Assembly: GCA_964016885.1 (NCBI GenBank)
Contig: OZ024740.1
Location: 343,170,001-343,234,000, forward strand
Direction of reading: 5' to 3'
Source: Eledone cirrhosa
Lineage: Eukaryota
Length of the DNA stretch: 64,000 bases
Below, piece after piece: positions 1 to 12,844 of this stretch (positions within the stretch are counted from its first letter, which is position 1; every line of letters begins with the position of its first letter). A model generated the notes under the pieces. The model ran no database searches, was not told the origin of the DNA, and worked only from the letters and a program-made list of their open reading frames with translations. Made by a program: the position numbers and the translations under genes.

Positions 1-483
1 TGCCGGGTTTTGGCGAAGAGAAGGTAGGAGAGTTGAAGGGCAGAGGGGAGATAGCAGGGTGGGAGGAGGGGGGTGAGGAAAAGTTTGAGGCGATTATGTA
101 GTTGGTGGAGAAAGGATCTCAGGCTGGGCATGGTAGGCGTTGGGTGAAAGCAGGGGGAGGGATGAGAAAGCAGGGATGTGAAGCGGGGTGGAGTGAACGA
201 AGGATAGGCAGAGACGGGGAAGGGAAAATGAAACAGAAAAACGTAAGGAGGGGGGAGTATATATATATATTTTTATTAAAATAACAGATTAAAGTTTAAG
301 CAAAGAATCGCTGCTTTCACTCTTAACGGGATCTTCTATATATATATATATATAGTTGAGAGATAGAGTCCTATCGGGTGCCAGTTGCTAATAGCTTTAC
401 CGTGTCAGTCGTCACAAACAGTCATGGCCGGCATAGGCTGGTCTTAGGATTCTGTCGATCGATTGGTTATTGATTAGGCGATA

Positions 484-593
484 CCCGCTGATGAAGCCGC
501 TTAAGCCGATTGTGCATTGTTGCATAATATATGCAGACAGATGGTGCAGTGCATCTTACTGCTGCATTAGTGCGGCAGAAACTCGAGCCCGGG
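484..593 (+). ncRNA. Degenerate type I hammerhead ribozyme in a TA-flanked Penelope-like cassette (~355-740)
   Basis: cccg-CTGATGA-a-gccgc...gcggc-a-GAAA-ctcgag-CC-cggg. Stem I cccg/cggg, long stem II, palindromic stem III; the cleavage triplet reads GCC instead of GUH. Confidence 0.65.
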
Positions 594-741
594 AACATTA
601 TAGGCACCCGTTTTACGTGTGTTGTGTTGAAGCAAATAACTTTGTGTATACTCTGGGAATGTATCTTACATTGCCCATGGAGTCCGCTGAGATACAACCG
701 GTACTGGCATTGATAAATATGCTGGGTCCGTCAACCCTTAT

Positions 742-811
<70 letters not shown>

Positions 812-1303
812 AAGCGGATGCACAAGACAAAAAGACAACGAAAAAAAAACAAAAAAAAACAACGGCACAAAAAAACAGTCTGTTCTCTTCAGTCAACTCT
901 AGAAATCACTATAGTTTCGGTATATCAAAGTTGATCCTATTCATTCCAGTGCTCATGGGAAACAAGAAGATATGGGACAAATTGTGCCTTTCGGCGATAA
1001 AGACAAAAAATGCTACAAAAGGATTGAACTGAAAAGGAAGAGATAGAAACGCGATGTGCGGCGGCAGCTTAGCCAAAAGGAGAAAAATAGAAAAAAAAAA
1101 GAAAACAAAAAAAGAATTTGGACTGCAGTCTTACGAAGGCAGTGAAAAGGAAGAAAGAAAGGAAGGCAAATTATGATCAGTGTTACTTTTAGATAGGTGT
1201 TAAAAAGACAAGCGTAGCTAAGACCACATAGAACAGGAATAAAAAGAGGTGCGTACAAGACAATGACAACGGAAAAAACATGGAGGAATGAATATTTGTA
1301 TGT

Positions 1304-1370
<67 letters not shown>

Positions 1371-1771
1371 TATACATATAATTATAAATAAAGTCTTGTA
1401 CTTTGAATAAAGCAAGTTGCCTTGTCTAAGATTGGTTCTAAAGGCTTGGACCAGCTTAGCTTATACGAGTTTTCTCCCTTGCTTGGTTCTCATGATCCAA
1501 ACACCTCTAAATGGGGTTTCCGACTTGAAATTGTGAGGTTAGTCTCAGTTGATTGAAGTTTTTCTCCACACATCATATTTAGAATGCACAACTCTATTTG
1601 TAAGTATACACTTCATGCACGCACGGATATCTTAGACATATCTAATTATACGATTAAAGGATCCATAATCATTCCCCAACAATATATAAAAAAGAACTCA
1701 ATACTTTTGGAATTGAGAACAGTAATGGACATAATAAAATAAGACAGCAACCCGTATGATATTGTTTTCAA

Positions 1772-1859
<88 letters not shown>

Positions 1860-1867
1860 CCAAAATT

Positions 1868-2657
1868 AGGACCTGGCTACTGTCGTTTACCAATCGATTA
1901 ATTGGTGAAATATATTTCTTTAATGGAATATATACGAGGAAGATTAATCAAATTATAAGGTATCTATTTTTGAAGTTCTAGTTGAATTTTATTTAGTTAC
2001 CTACCTAGTTATGTGTGCTTACACACTTTTACAAATTATCCCCTGTGATTGTTTCATATGTTTAATTATATGTCAATCAATTTCTAGTTGATATAAAATG
2101 TTCGGATCTACTCATTAGAATCTTGGAGCATATTTTACGGGTGATATGGCGCATGTCTATCTGACATGACACTCTTAATTTAATTTGATTTAATTTAATT
2201 TAATTCAATTTATCTTAATTTTGGATATATATAAATACGGCCCCTTAATTGTAGAGCTAACTCAGTTGAAAGGACTTGACTGCTGTTTCTAGTTGTCGAT
2301 AACCCTATTAACGCCACTGGCACGAAGCTGGTATGATGTGTGTATTTTTAGCGGATACAGCACGTGTTACTGGCCAGTCGCTGATTTGAACTTGATGCGT
2401 AAACACAGATCGCTGGACCTCTTCCTTGTTGAAAATCCAGGACCTGGCTACTGTCATTTACCAATCGATTAATTGGTGAAATATATTTCTTTAATGGAAT
2501 ATATACGAGGAAGATTAATCAAATTATAGGGTATCTATTTTTGAAGTTCTAGTTCAACTTTATTTAGTTACCTACCTAGCTATGTGTGCTTACACACTTT
2601 TACAAATTATCCCCTGTGATTGTTTCATGTTTAACTATATGTCAATCAATTTCTAGT

Positions 2658-2665
<8 letters not shown>
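1868..2665 (+). mobile_element. Non-autonomous Penelope-like/retrozyme-like unit with ~225-bp terminal direct repeat (period ~571 bp)
   Basis: 1868-2095 is nearly identical to 2439-2665; (TA)n on both sides; degenerate HHR overlaps the start of the second repeat. Confidence 0.65.
2420..2514 (+). ncRNA. Degenerate type I hammerhead
   Basis: tcttccttg-TTGAAAA-tcca...tggt-GAAA-tatattt..gaatat-ATA-cgaggaaga. 9-bp stem I, full stem III; the core deviates from CUGANGA at two positions. Confidence 0.55.
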
Positions 2666-2715
<50 letters not shown>

Positions 2716-2755
2716 TTATAAGTATTAATAAAATAGATGTTCTTTTGATCAATTA

Positions 2756-2810
2756 CATTTTATTATACATATTTCGGATGTACAACAGTACGTCCTCATC
2801 AGACAAAATA
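2756..2810 (-). ncRNA. Minimal type I hammerhead ribozyme (intact core)
   Basis: Minus strand: tattttgt-CTGATGA-ggacgtac-tgtt-gtacatcc-GAAA-tatgta-TA-ataaaatg. 8-bp stem I with G-U pairs, stem II hairpin, quasi-palindromic stem III. Confidence 0.85.
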
Positions 2811-3469
2811 TAATGATACATGACATACCCTGAGATGTTAAATGGTTAAGATTTAATCAGGGTAGTGATTACCCGATAGCAAATTTTACTTATATAATAT
2901 TTGTGTGAGAGTGCGAAAACGTAATGAATTGATTAGAGAATGTGTGAGTAAGAAAAAACGTTGCATACTTAAAGTGTTCTAAAAATTTTAAATTGTATGA
3001 TACTACATATATCTAGGGAAACGTCTCATGAATCATAACAGCCAGTGATAGCCACTGGAAAAAGATTTATAAGGAGGGAAAGATAAAGTGTGGTTGTTTT
3101 TTTTCGAAAGTTAAACGGTTAGAATTTGAAAATATTTAATTTATAATATTAATGTGAAGACTCCAGATTTCAGGATTATTTGCTATTTATTTATATATTA
3201 TTTATATAAATTCGATAAGTGTATTATCATTTCTAAACTTCTGAATTGTGAGAATAACATTTTGACATAATCATCGAATATTGTTTAACAACTTAATACT
3301 TATATATATATATATATACTTAGGTTAATAGATGCGATCTCACCCTGCCTCGTTAATGTTCTATCGACACCAAAGTTCTACGTTCGGGGCAATAGAATTG
3401 AATCCAACCACCAACAACATAGCTGGATGACCGATAATCACACCAAACCGGAGTACTGTGATCCTGGTG

Positions 3470-3740
3470 ATTTCGAGATATACAAACACTGACACTGTTA
3501 CGAAGACCAGAAAACCATACTCCATAATATTGAACCAAGTGATTGATTTGTGCGACCAAAATAACACCACACACATATTGAACTAGGAATATTGGATCCT
3601 CCGTCAATGTCCGGGTGAGCAAAAATAGATTTCTACCTGCATTGGAATTTACGAACTTGTGCATCTGCTGTGGTGTCAAAAACAAACGCGCATGACCGCA
3701 CAGATAAACAATGGACTATGCCACGTGGCTTGAACCTGTA
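3470..3740 (+). pseudogene. Possible highly decayed Penelope GIY-YIG C-terminus
   Basis: One frame ends ...QWTMPRGLNL*, resembling the T..P.GLN terminus of PLE endonucleases; upstream frames are broken. Confidence 0.25.
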
Positions 3741-4116
3741 AGTGAATTGAAGGTTCTGTAACTCTGATACACAGATTATTTATTATTAAGATGTATAAAC
3801 TTGACATAACTATTATCATCTTATATTCTCTCAACTAATCACATTTGATCATATTTCTCTATCCCGTTTTCTCCCCCCATAATTATAATATTTTTATTTT
3901 TATTTGAAAAAATCGGTTTTTTTACATTGTGTTTTCCCCTCCAAATACTCGCTTATATTTCTTTATATATTCTCTATATATTTTTTTACATATATATTTT
4001 TTATCTTTATTATTTCCAATTTTATCCTCCTTTATATTTTACCTTATTCTTACTTTTATACCTTATTATAGTGTAATCTTCCCCATGCCTTATTATACAT
4101 TATTAATTATAGATTA

Positions 4117-4215
4117 GAGGTTGACTTTGCCTTTCATCCTTACGGGGTCGATAAAATAAAGTACCAGTAATGCACTGGTTGATTGGTGGCCTTGTGCCTA
4201 AAGTAGAAACAATTA
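4117..4215 (+). mobile_element. SINE family A, 3' half
   Basis: gaggttgactttgcctttcatccttacggggtcgataaaataaagtaccag...ggccttgtgcctaaagtagaaacaatt matches the full copies. Confidence 0.85.
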
Positions 4216-4541
4216 ATTATAGATTATTATTATTACTCTTTTTCCATTTCGAATTACCTCATGTACTTTCTCCTCCGTTATATATATATTGTATGCCCTT
4301 TGTGTTTGTGTAGCCTCTGCACACCCTCTGCACCATACTATCGACGCCACCCCATCTATGGTTCAGCTAACCACTCGACTCCCGGGAATGAATATGACCG
4401 CAGCTAGTAAACAAGGACCCACACCCCACCCCCGCACCAAAATTAAATTCATCGTCCCCTACTTTTGGTCTTTACTCTCTTTACACTTTGTTCTTGAATG
4501 CTTGGTTGGTAGAGTCCATAACACCAATCAAACCCCTTTTA

Positions 4542-4590
4542 TAGCTCTGACGAATCCTACGGTTACGTAAGGGAGAAACATTGTAAGCCA
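4542..4590 (+). ncRNA. Minimal type I hammerhead ribozyme
   Basis: tagct-CTGACGA-atcctacg-gtta-cgtaaggga-GAAA-cattg-TA-agcca. GUA cleavage site; followed by AATAAA and (TA)n. Confidence 0.75.
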
Positions 4591-4630
4591 ATAAAAATCT
4601 TTTGATGTTGTAGACGCTCTTGTGTTCTTT

Positions 4631-4696
<66 letters not shown>

Positions 4697-5184
4697 CATA
4701 CAGGCATACATACATGCATACATGCATACATATATACATACATACATGCATGCATACATCCATGCATGCATACATACATATATACTTACATATATACATA
4801 TATACATACATACATATATACATACATGCATATATACATACATACATATATACATACATGCATCAAAGAAAACAGGCATTCATACACAGAAACACACACA
4901 CACACACAGTACATATAAATATAGAGTAGAAATCGACTTAAAAACGATGAACTTTCGTCAGTTTTTTTCCCCTCTTATTTTGCGTTTAATGTTTTGTCTT
5001 CCTTATAGTGAGTTCCTCGTTGCGTAAGTTTGGGTAGCGTTGGGCAGATGGTTGATGCATCCGTCTAGATTAGCCCTACTCTAGCACTGACACTATTTTT
5101 TTCTTTGCTTTCATATAAATTTTCGCTGCATGATTGCCTTTTATAGCAGTTGATGTTTATCATTTCCTTCTCACCTTCTCTCAT

Positions 5185-5259
<75 letters not shown>

Positions 5260-5319
5260 CCTCTCCCTTTCTCTCTCTGTCTCTGTTTCTGTCTGTCTGT
5301 CTCTCTCTCTCAGTCTCTA

Positions 5320-5418
<99 letters not shown>

Positions 5419-5484
5419 CATTTTTCATCAGTCATGCTTTCTCTCTTTCTTAGAGCACACACACACACACAAACACTTTCTCGG

Positions 5485-5515
<31 letters not shown>

Positions 5516-5729
5516 CTCAACCACACATACACACACACGCACTCTTTCTCGACCACACACACACACACACACAAACACACTTTCTCGACCACACACTATG
5601 TCTATTAGTCACTCTATCTCTCTTCATCTTTGTTTCAGTAACTCGTTCATTCTCTCTCTCTCTCTCTCTGTCACATACACGATCCCCACTCTCTCTCTCT
5701 CTCTCTCTCTCTCTGTCACATACACGATC

Positions 5730-5766
<37 letters not shown>

Positions 5767-6460
5767 ACATACACGATCCCCACTCTCTCTCTATCTCTCT
5801 CTCTCTCTCTCATACACAATCCCCACTCTCCCTCTCTCTCTCACCCCCTCTCCCCCTGCGGGTCCTCTACTACATTTTTATTCCTTTGCTATTTTTTTTC
5901 AATTTTGAAAATAATATTTATATCTCGGATCCGTCTTTCGTCTCACTCCCCACTCTCTCTCTCTCACACACTCACTCACTCACTCTCTCACACACACACT
6001 CACTCTCTCTCTCACTCTCTATGTTCCTTACTATATATTTTAAGTTTTTTCCCTTTTTCACCTTTCCTCCCATGCTCTCTATTCTTTCTATTTTCTCCCT
6101 CTTTTTACACACACACACACATAGACACAAACATACACACACGTATCACAAACATACACACATATCAAACACACGCACGAACACTAAAACATACAAATAG
6201 ATGTACGAGCATATACATGCATATGTTCCCTCCACTTGATCTTTTCTCATCGTCTCAGTGTCCCCCCCTCCTCCTCCTCCTCCTCCTCCTCCTCCTCCTC
6301 CTCCTCCTTCTTCTTCTTCTTTATTACCTAACACCCTCTCCCCTCACCATATTCCCCCTCATCACACACCAATATCTGTTTCTTGTGATCAAAAATAATC
6401 TGGTCGTCCCTTACAATGTCATTTAATTCTGGCGGAAGGGACATGTATGTATATATGTTC

Positions 6461-7145
6461 TCTCTTTCTCTTAATTTCGAGTATATTTTTGACCGGCCAC
6501 CTTCCTGGTGGCAAGGTTGTAAAAGAAAAGAAATTGTCATTCCTTGAATCGCAAGAATGTTTTGCAAATGTTGAAGGGGCCAGCTATCGCAGCCATTTGT
6601 AGACTATGAATTAGGGAGCTGTGTTCTTTGTCCGCAAATCCAAGTTCAGTCATACTTTGGTCCAAGCGGGTTGGTATATAACCCGTAGCTCCAATAATGA
6701 TGGGTATGAAGCTAAAGGTGTATCTTGGATACTGGATTTGTAAACTCCTCATCAATGGTCCGTAGATATCCTCCTTCTCCTGTATTTTTCTGACAACGTT
6801 TACATCAAGTGGGCAGCTGTTCTCCACAACAGAGCACGTTTCAATGTGTGGTCCCAAACAACAATATCAGGCCAGTTGTGCTTTAATTTGGTGGCAGTTT
6901 TTATTTTCAGGTTTCACCAGTATTCCTTAATGCCATCTGTGTCAATATATTCTTCCTAGTTTGTTGTTAATTTTGTTTTCCTAAGTGCGTTCCAGATGAT
7001 TCTAGCTATCCCACCGTGTCTCATGGGGAGGTAGTAGCAAGATGACATTCTTTCGCAGCTGGCAACAATATGGCTTACATCTTCGATCTTTGTTTTACAT
7101 ATCCTACATTTATTGTCAGCTGATGGCCCTCCTCTTTTGTGCAGC
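6461..7145 (-). mobile_element. 5'-truncated non-LTR retrotransposon with restriction-like endonuclease (R4/Dong-like, R2 group), C-terminal fragment, frameshifted
   Basis: CRIC....EDVSHIVASC zinc knuckle and RH motif, then PDIVVWD (PD..E RLE), ...EKEDIYGPL...IPIIIGATG; stop at 6537 and a short 3' UTR. Confidence 0.85.
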
Positions 7146-7247
7146 ATACATAGATACATACATGTATGTATCTATGTATGTCTGTACGTATGTATGTAGC
7201 TGATGTACCTAGCTTCGCTTGGATAAACAGACGATAATCCGTCTGTG

Positions 7248-7780
7248 TAGTATAGTATTACTGTTGAAAATATATAGTATAGTATTACTGTTGAAAATAT
7301 ATAGTATAGTATTACTGTTGAAAATATATAGCATAGTATTATTGTTGAAAATATATAGTATAGCATAATATTACAGTTGAAAATATATAGTACAGTATTA
7401 CGGTTTAAAATATATAGCATAGTATAGTATTACTATTGAAAATATATAGTATAGTATTAGTGTTGAAACTATATAGTACAGTATTACTGTTGAAAATATG
7501 TAGTACAGTATTACTGTTGAAAACATATAGCATAGTATTACTGTTGAAAATATATGGTATAGTATTACTGTTGAAAATATATAGTATAGTATTACTGTTG
7601 AAAATATATAGTACAGTATTACTGTTGAAAATATATAGTATAGTATTACTGTTGAAAATATATAGTACAGTATTACTGTTTAAAACATATAGTACAGTAC
7701 ATTATTACTGTTGAAAAAATAGTGTAGTACAGTATTACTGTTGAAAATATATAGTACGGTATTACTGTTGAAAATATGTA
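7248..7780. repeat. 27-bp minisatellite (TAGTATTACTGTTGAAAATATATAGTA)n, ~19 units
   Basis: Directly visible tandem array with point variants. Confidence 0.95.
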
Positions 7781-7783
7781 CAC

Positions 7784-7829
<46 letters not shown>

Positions 7830-7832
<3 letters not shown>

Positions 7833-8014
7833 ATCAAAAGATGGTTAAAATAGTTCCATGTATTTTATTATGCGCATTTCAAAAACAAATATCATCATGC
7901 GATAACATTTGCGTTTTCGTCAGACGAAAACGCAAATGTTATCGCATGATGATATTTGTTTTTGAAATGCGCATAATAAAATACATGGAACTCTTTTAAC
8001 CATCTTTTGATCTT
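7830..8014. repeat. Near-perfect palindrome (92-bp arms, apex 7922) built from a hammerhead-bearing Penelope-like end
   Basis: Apex ttttcgtc-A-gacgaaaa. Minus strand reads CTGACGA-aaacgcaaatgttatc-gcat-gatgatatttgttttt-GAAA-tgcgca-TA. Confidence 0.9.
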
Positions 8015-8279
8015 ATATATTATTTATACTCCAGTCCTACAAACTGTAGAGAGCTACTTATCCGATATCTGCATTGCTTTATTGTACTACAATAAAACTC
8101 ACCTCCTACATATATATTATATATATATATATATATTAAAGTGTTAAACGATATTCAATGATTATGTCAAAGAATGAGTTTTACAGTAGATTGGAAGCAC
8201 TCTACGGAAAAATAATTTTCCGGAGTTATTAATATTAAAATATAAATATTAATAAAATAGATGTTCTTTTGATCAATTA

Positions 8280-8334
8280 CATTTTATTATACATATATCG
8301 GATGTACAACAGTACGTCCTCATCAGACAAAATA
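8280..8334 (-). ncRNA. Second copy of the 2756-2810 hammerhead with GAAA>GAUA mutation
   Basis: 8245-8381 is almost identical to 2722-2857; a single change in the GAAA motif. Confidence 0.75.
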
Positions 8335-8816
8335 TAATGATATATGACATACCCTGAGATGTTAAATGGTTAAGATTTAATATATTTATATATATATATA
8401 TAATTCATTAAAAGTTGGTTAGAAGCGAAGTCAATGCAGACAGACAGCCAGACAGAGAGATATTATAAGCGTGCGACGTTATAGCCATGTATCTATCTAA
8501 AAAGACAGAGTAACAAAAGAGAGAGGAATGTCGTATTATATATATTATATATAATAAAGTACCAGTAATGTACTGTGATAATTGCTGGCCTTGTCACAAA
8601 AGTAGAAACAATTATACTTCTTTTTTATACAACTGTAAATAACATGTTTATGTATGTATATATACGTATAAAGGAATGCTGTAATAAAATGTACAAATTA
8701 AACTGTCTCTTATTTATGATACTAACACTATATATATATATATATATATATAAATGAAGTAATTCCGTCGGAAAAGTCCAGGAAAAAAGAGTGCTCTATG
8801 TAGGTAACAGAGCTTA

Positions 8817-8910
8817 ATAGTTATGTAATAAACAACATAAGGCAATTATTCCATTTAAGAAACCACTGGTAAATGGAATAATTGCCTTATGTTGTTTATT
8901 ACATAACTAT
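8817..8910. repeat. Inverted repeat, 41-bp perfect arms, 12-nt spacer, abutting (TA)n
   Basis: atagttatg...ccattta / taaatgg...cataactat. Confidence 0.9.
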
Positions 8911-9587
8911 ATATATACAGACACTATATATATATACACACACACACACAGATAGTGAAGCCAATGTACAGAATGCCAGACATACAGACAGATATTATAA
9001 GGGCGCGACGTTATAGCTATGTATCTATCTAAAAAGACAGACTAAGAAAGAGAGAGATTGCTAACTGGAAGTGTTGACATCTGAAAATTTTAAAGAAGTG
9101 AATATTTAAATAAACAATAAAATCTCTTTAATCTTTTAACTAACTTTAGTAGACAAAAATACCCTCACTTTGTTACTTGGAAACAAGTTACATCTATGGT
9201 GCAAATTTCGTGCTGTTTGGTCCAGCCGTTTGGCGAAAAGTTTGTTACATACATACGGCCGTCAGTTTTATAATATAGATATATGGATGTCGTAGAACAC
9301 GCCAAGTGTGGATTTATTGAATGAAATCGATGGAGCTGCCCTTTCTCATCTTTCCATATAGGCCGCATATAGATTAGCACCACCAATCTCACTAAACAAC
9401 ACAATGCCCCCTTTGACCTTTTGACTCACGTGAGCGCACATTTTAACTGAAGCCAATCACTATCAGTCATGATTGATCCTCATAACTTGATTGGTTATTC
9501 GATTTCTATGCGTCACCCTCCCCTGAATAACACCCCTATATAAAGAGCAAACATGACCCTGTTCGAATAATCATTGTTACTGCCGAT

Positions 9588-9754
9588 ATGCCACCCAAAA
9601 TTTCCCGGCCTGGCTGCATATCCGATTTTCCAGAAAAAAAAATGTTACTAGAGCAGCAGAGTCTGAAGATGATCATGAACGTCGCCTTCAGCAACTGAGG
9701 TCCCGTGCAGAAGGCAGGAGAGCAACACAGATAGAACAAGCCAGATTTCAGCAG
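9588..9754 (+). pseudogene. Remnant first exon of a Helitron-like ORF (STPR-like charged repeat), frameshifted
   Basis: TATA box at ~9536; ATG MPPKISRPG...; shifted frame RAAESEDDHERRLQQLRSRAEGRRA; ends at donor CAG|GTGAGT. Confidence 0.45.
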
Positions 9755-10575
9755 GTGAGTTCACAAGCTGATTGCATCCACATTGCATTACAACATCAAT
9801 GTGCCATACAGGTCCTTGTAAAACAGAGTCCGATTTTTAAGAGGGCATAAGTAGAACAATTCTGAGCAAATTTATCACAGGGCTGTCATCAATATTTGTT
9901 TGCCTACAGTAATCAATAAGAATTTTGGTATCAGTGACTGAAAAATCAAAATATTCTGGGAACAAATTATTTTCTATGTCCTCGAAAACAAGCGCTATTA
10001 CGCAACGACGACGATCTTGGATTTTAAAGTTACTTTCGACTTTCTTTTCTTAAAATTAAAGTGGTATTTACTTCATCTTAATAACGGAAATGCTTTACGT
10101 GTATTCGCGCGCTCATGCGTGATAACTGAAGAAAATTTAAAGAAATTTCAAAACTTAAATAGCTTTTCTAAAATAGTTGTTTATTGCCACATAGATAGGA
10201 ACTTTTAAGTTCAGATGTGTTTCATCACATAACCTTACTGAAAAGCATTATTAAAGGTTTATATGATTAATTTTCCAAGGGTAAGATCGCTTCATTACTT
10301 CATGTTTCATGCAAAGACGTAATACATGCCACGAAAAGACCTCAGGTAGCGTATTCTTAAAATGGATTTAGTTTGCAGTCCTTTTATGCAGCTTACGTGT
10401 TTATGAAACTCCCGTTTATCATTTAAATGTAACAATAATTTCAAAGCTCCGTTAAATGTAGAGTAGTTATGAAAAGTTGTCAGTTTTCATGTTTAACCTT
10501 TAAACATATTGTTAACATAGAAATATATTGTTGTTTCACTATATTCCTTACTACGTTAATTGCTAGTACATTAAA

Positions 10576-10934
10576 CTAGCAGGCCCAGCCGGATAGCGCC
10601 TGGCGGTAGGCCTGCATCAGATCTTTTAGAAAGCCCTCTCAACCAGTGCGACAATAGCAGGATTGTTGCAAAACAAATGGTCTAACACCACAGTTGTAAA
10701 TTTTACCACGGAATCGAGTGATTATGGTCGTTAAAAATTCCAGTGGTGGTGGTGGTATTTTTCACGCGTCAGAAATGAGTCACCACAATAGCCCCCCCCC
10801 CCCCGATGCGTACTCGGAACGACAATGTGACTTGAGAGGGCGTGTGGTATCTTTGCACTGGAGTGAAGGGGGGTTTCCTGAAAAGATAAAATGCCGGTAT
10901 ACGTAGCGGAGCGCCAGCCGGACGGGCCAGCTAG
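10576..10934. mobile_element. Element bounded by imperfect ~25-bp inverted CTAG-ended termini (MITE or two opposed Helitron 3' ends)
   Basis: ctagcaggcccagccggatagcgc versus reverse complement of the right end, ctagctggcccgtccggctggcgc. Confidence 0.5.
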
Positions 10935-11383
10935 TTATTAATATTTCTCACCAATATGGATCAGGCCCTTAGAATCCAGACGATAGTAACTGGGTTGTCA
11001 TATATAGACGTATATGAGCACGTATGTGTGCATGCATGCTATTGCATATGTATTTCCTATATTATGACGTTTGTACGTGTACACATTCATATGTTTGCAT
11101 GTCTATAGATGTGTATATGTATCTGCCATGTTATACGATGGGCCTCTAAATCCCAGTGGAGTCTAAGGGGCGTCGTCGTTACATACGACGTACCTTGGAC
11201 CATTTAAACATAGCGGAGCCCATCCCTCTCCAAGTCGGAACACAACCGATTTCTTCTAGAGAAAGAGAGAGAGTGAGAGAGAAAGAGAGAGAGAGAGAGT
11301 GAGAATGCGGGAGATAGCGAGAGTGAGAGTGCGGGAGATATCGAGAGAGCGAGAGAGAGAGAGAGTGCGAGGGATAGTGGGAA

Positions 11384-11446
<63 letters not shown>

Positions 11447-11509
11447 GAGAGAGTGTGCGAGAGATAGCGAGAGAGAAAGTGTGTGTGTGATATATATATA
11501 TATATATAA

Positions 11510-11681
11510 ATGTTTAACCCCGACGGCAGAGCTCAATCCGTTTCGACAGAAATACTCGTCGAAACGGCTTGAGCTCTGCCGTCGGGGTTAAACATATTTT
11601 CCTATTACCCACTCTATTACCCTAAGTATTGAGTTCTCTGGTGCATTATGGTCCATCTGGTTCCTTACCACACCTCCTTCG

Positions 11682-11683
<2 letters not shown>
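11510..11683 (+). mobile_element. Penelope-like 3' end with 38-bp inverted 5' duplication; 3' half of a hammerhead
   Basis: Arms 11510-11547 / 11558-11595; gtc-GAAA-cggc-ttgagctct-gccG-TC-gggg. Relatives at 34845-35033 (+) and 47895-48020 (-). Confidence 0.8.
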
Positions 11684-11736
<53 letters not shown>

Positions 11737-12645
11737 AAGAGAGTATGTGAGAGAGAAAGCGAATGAGAAAAGAAAAAGAAATAGCATATAGAGGAAGAAT
11801 AAACCCCCAGTATTGAACTGGTACATTATTTATCGACCTCGAAAGGCTGAAAGGCAAAGTTGACCTCGGTGAGATGTAAACTCAGAGCGTAGAGAGCCAG
11901 AATGAATATCGCTCTTACAATCAGCCAATTAGCTGCTTTATATATACCTGCTACAGGATAAACGTTTGAAATGATTTACATTTTTTACATCATCATTGAT
12001 GTTTTGGGCTTGTAGCTTTTAATTAGCCATATCATTTCTAGTATTCTGAAATCAAGTTTTTCAAAACGGCTAGTTCTGGGGCAGTTAGTTTTCTGAAGTC
12101 AAGTTTTTCAAAATGGTTAGTTCTGGGGCAGTTGTGTAACCGATTGATCAAATAATCGCAAGTGTAAATTAGAAAATATTATCTAAGTGTGTTATCTGCA
12201 GATGTATAATTTGTTCAGCATAGATATTTTTCCCCTTTTAACATTGTCTTAACGCCTACTGGATAACTGAATTCTATTGGGTACACTTTCTCTCTCTTTC
12301 CCATATCATGACGAAATATTTTGGAGGATTCTACCGACATCATTTCATCTTATGAGAGTAAAATTCTTCTTTATCGCCTAGTCAGGAGGAAAATAAGTGG
12401 CCATGAGCCTTATCAATAGCCTTCAAGAGTGGTGGAAGGGAGGAGAAAGATATTCTCAAACTGGAAGTCTGGCCCTAATGCTTGAAACAAAATGGATTCC
12501 TCAATACGCCTGTGAGTGTTAAACCAGGCGACCTATTAAATCTATCACCTAAGTAGGCCACAGTGGAATTTGAACTCAGAGCGGCCACCTACTCGGTGGC
12601 AAGCTCGTAAAGAATCGGTGGCAAGATTGTAAAGAATAATATATA

Positions 12646-12844
12646 CGAGAGTCGGCTAAAAAGTTCATAGGCTGACCAAGATAACCTTATGGAATTACCA
12701 AATGAGGTTTATTTTTCAGCTGAATCCCTAGGAAGAAACAACACAGTTATTAGTAAAAAGAGTTGAAATTAATGTATGCAAGATTTCACAGCTCTAGCAA
12801 GCACTCCTTCATAGTCAGCCTATAAACTTTTCAGATGACCCTCG
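12646..12844. mobile_element. Tc1/mariner-type MITE
   Basis: ~31-bp imperfect TIRs (cgagagtcggctaaaaagttcataggctgac / gtcagcctataaacttttcagatgaccctcg) with TA on both sides. Confidence 0.8.

Larger units (their letters stand above)
7197..9279 (-). mobile_element. Probable non-autonomous Helitron-type element interrupted by Penelope-like and SINE insertions
   Basis: Minus-strand 5' end TCTATATTATAAAACTG at 9279. Degenerate 3' hairpin ccaagcgaagctagg...gcta near 7197. Internal minisatellite and a diverged ~100-bp direct repeat (8422-8525 / 8955-9057). Joining the two ends is inference. Confidence 0.45.

Noticed and set aside
880-1000. Hammerhead on the minus strand (GAAA-ctatag and a downstream CTGAAGA)
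   Set aside because: The triplet would be GUG and I could not find consistent stems I and II.
5134-6426. 430-aa ORF, and the many other YI/HT/VC/SL/RE-repeat ORFs
   Set aside because: These are translations of (TA)n, (CA)n, (CT)n and (TATG)n.
7248-7780. CRISPR-like appearance of the 27-bp array
   Set aside because: Units are contiguous with no unique spacers, there are no cas genes, and the context is eukaryotic.
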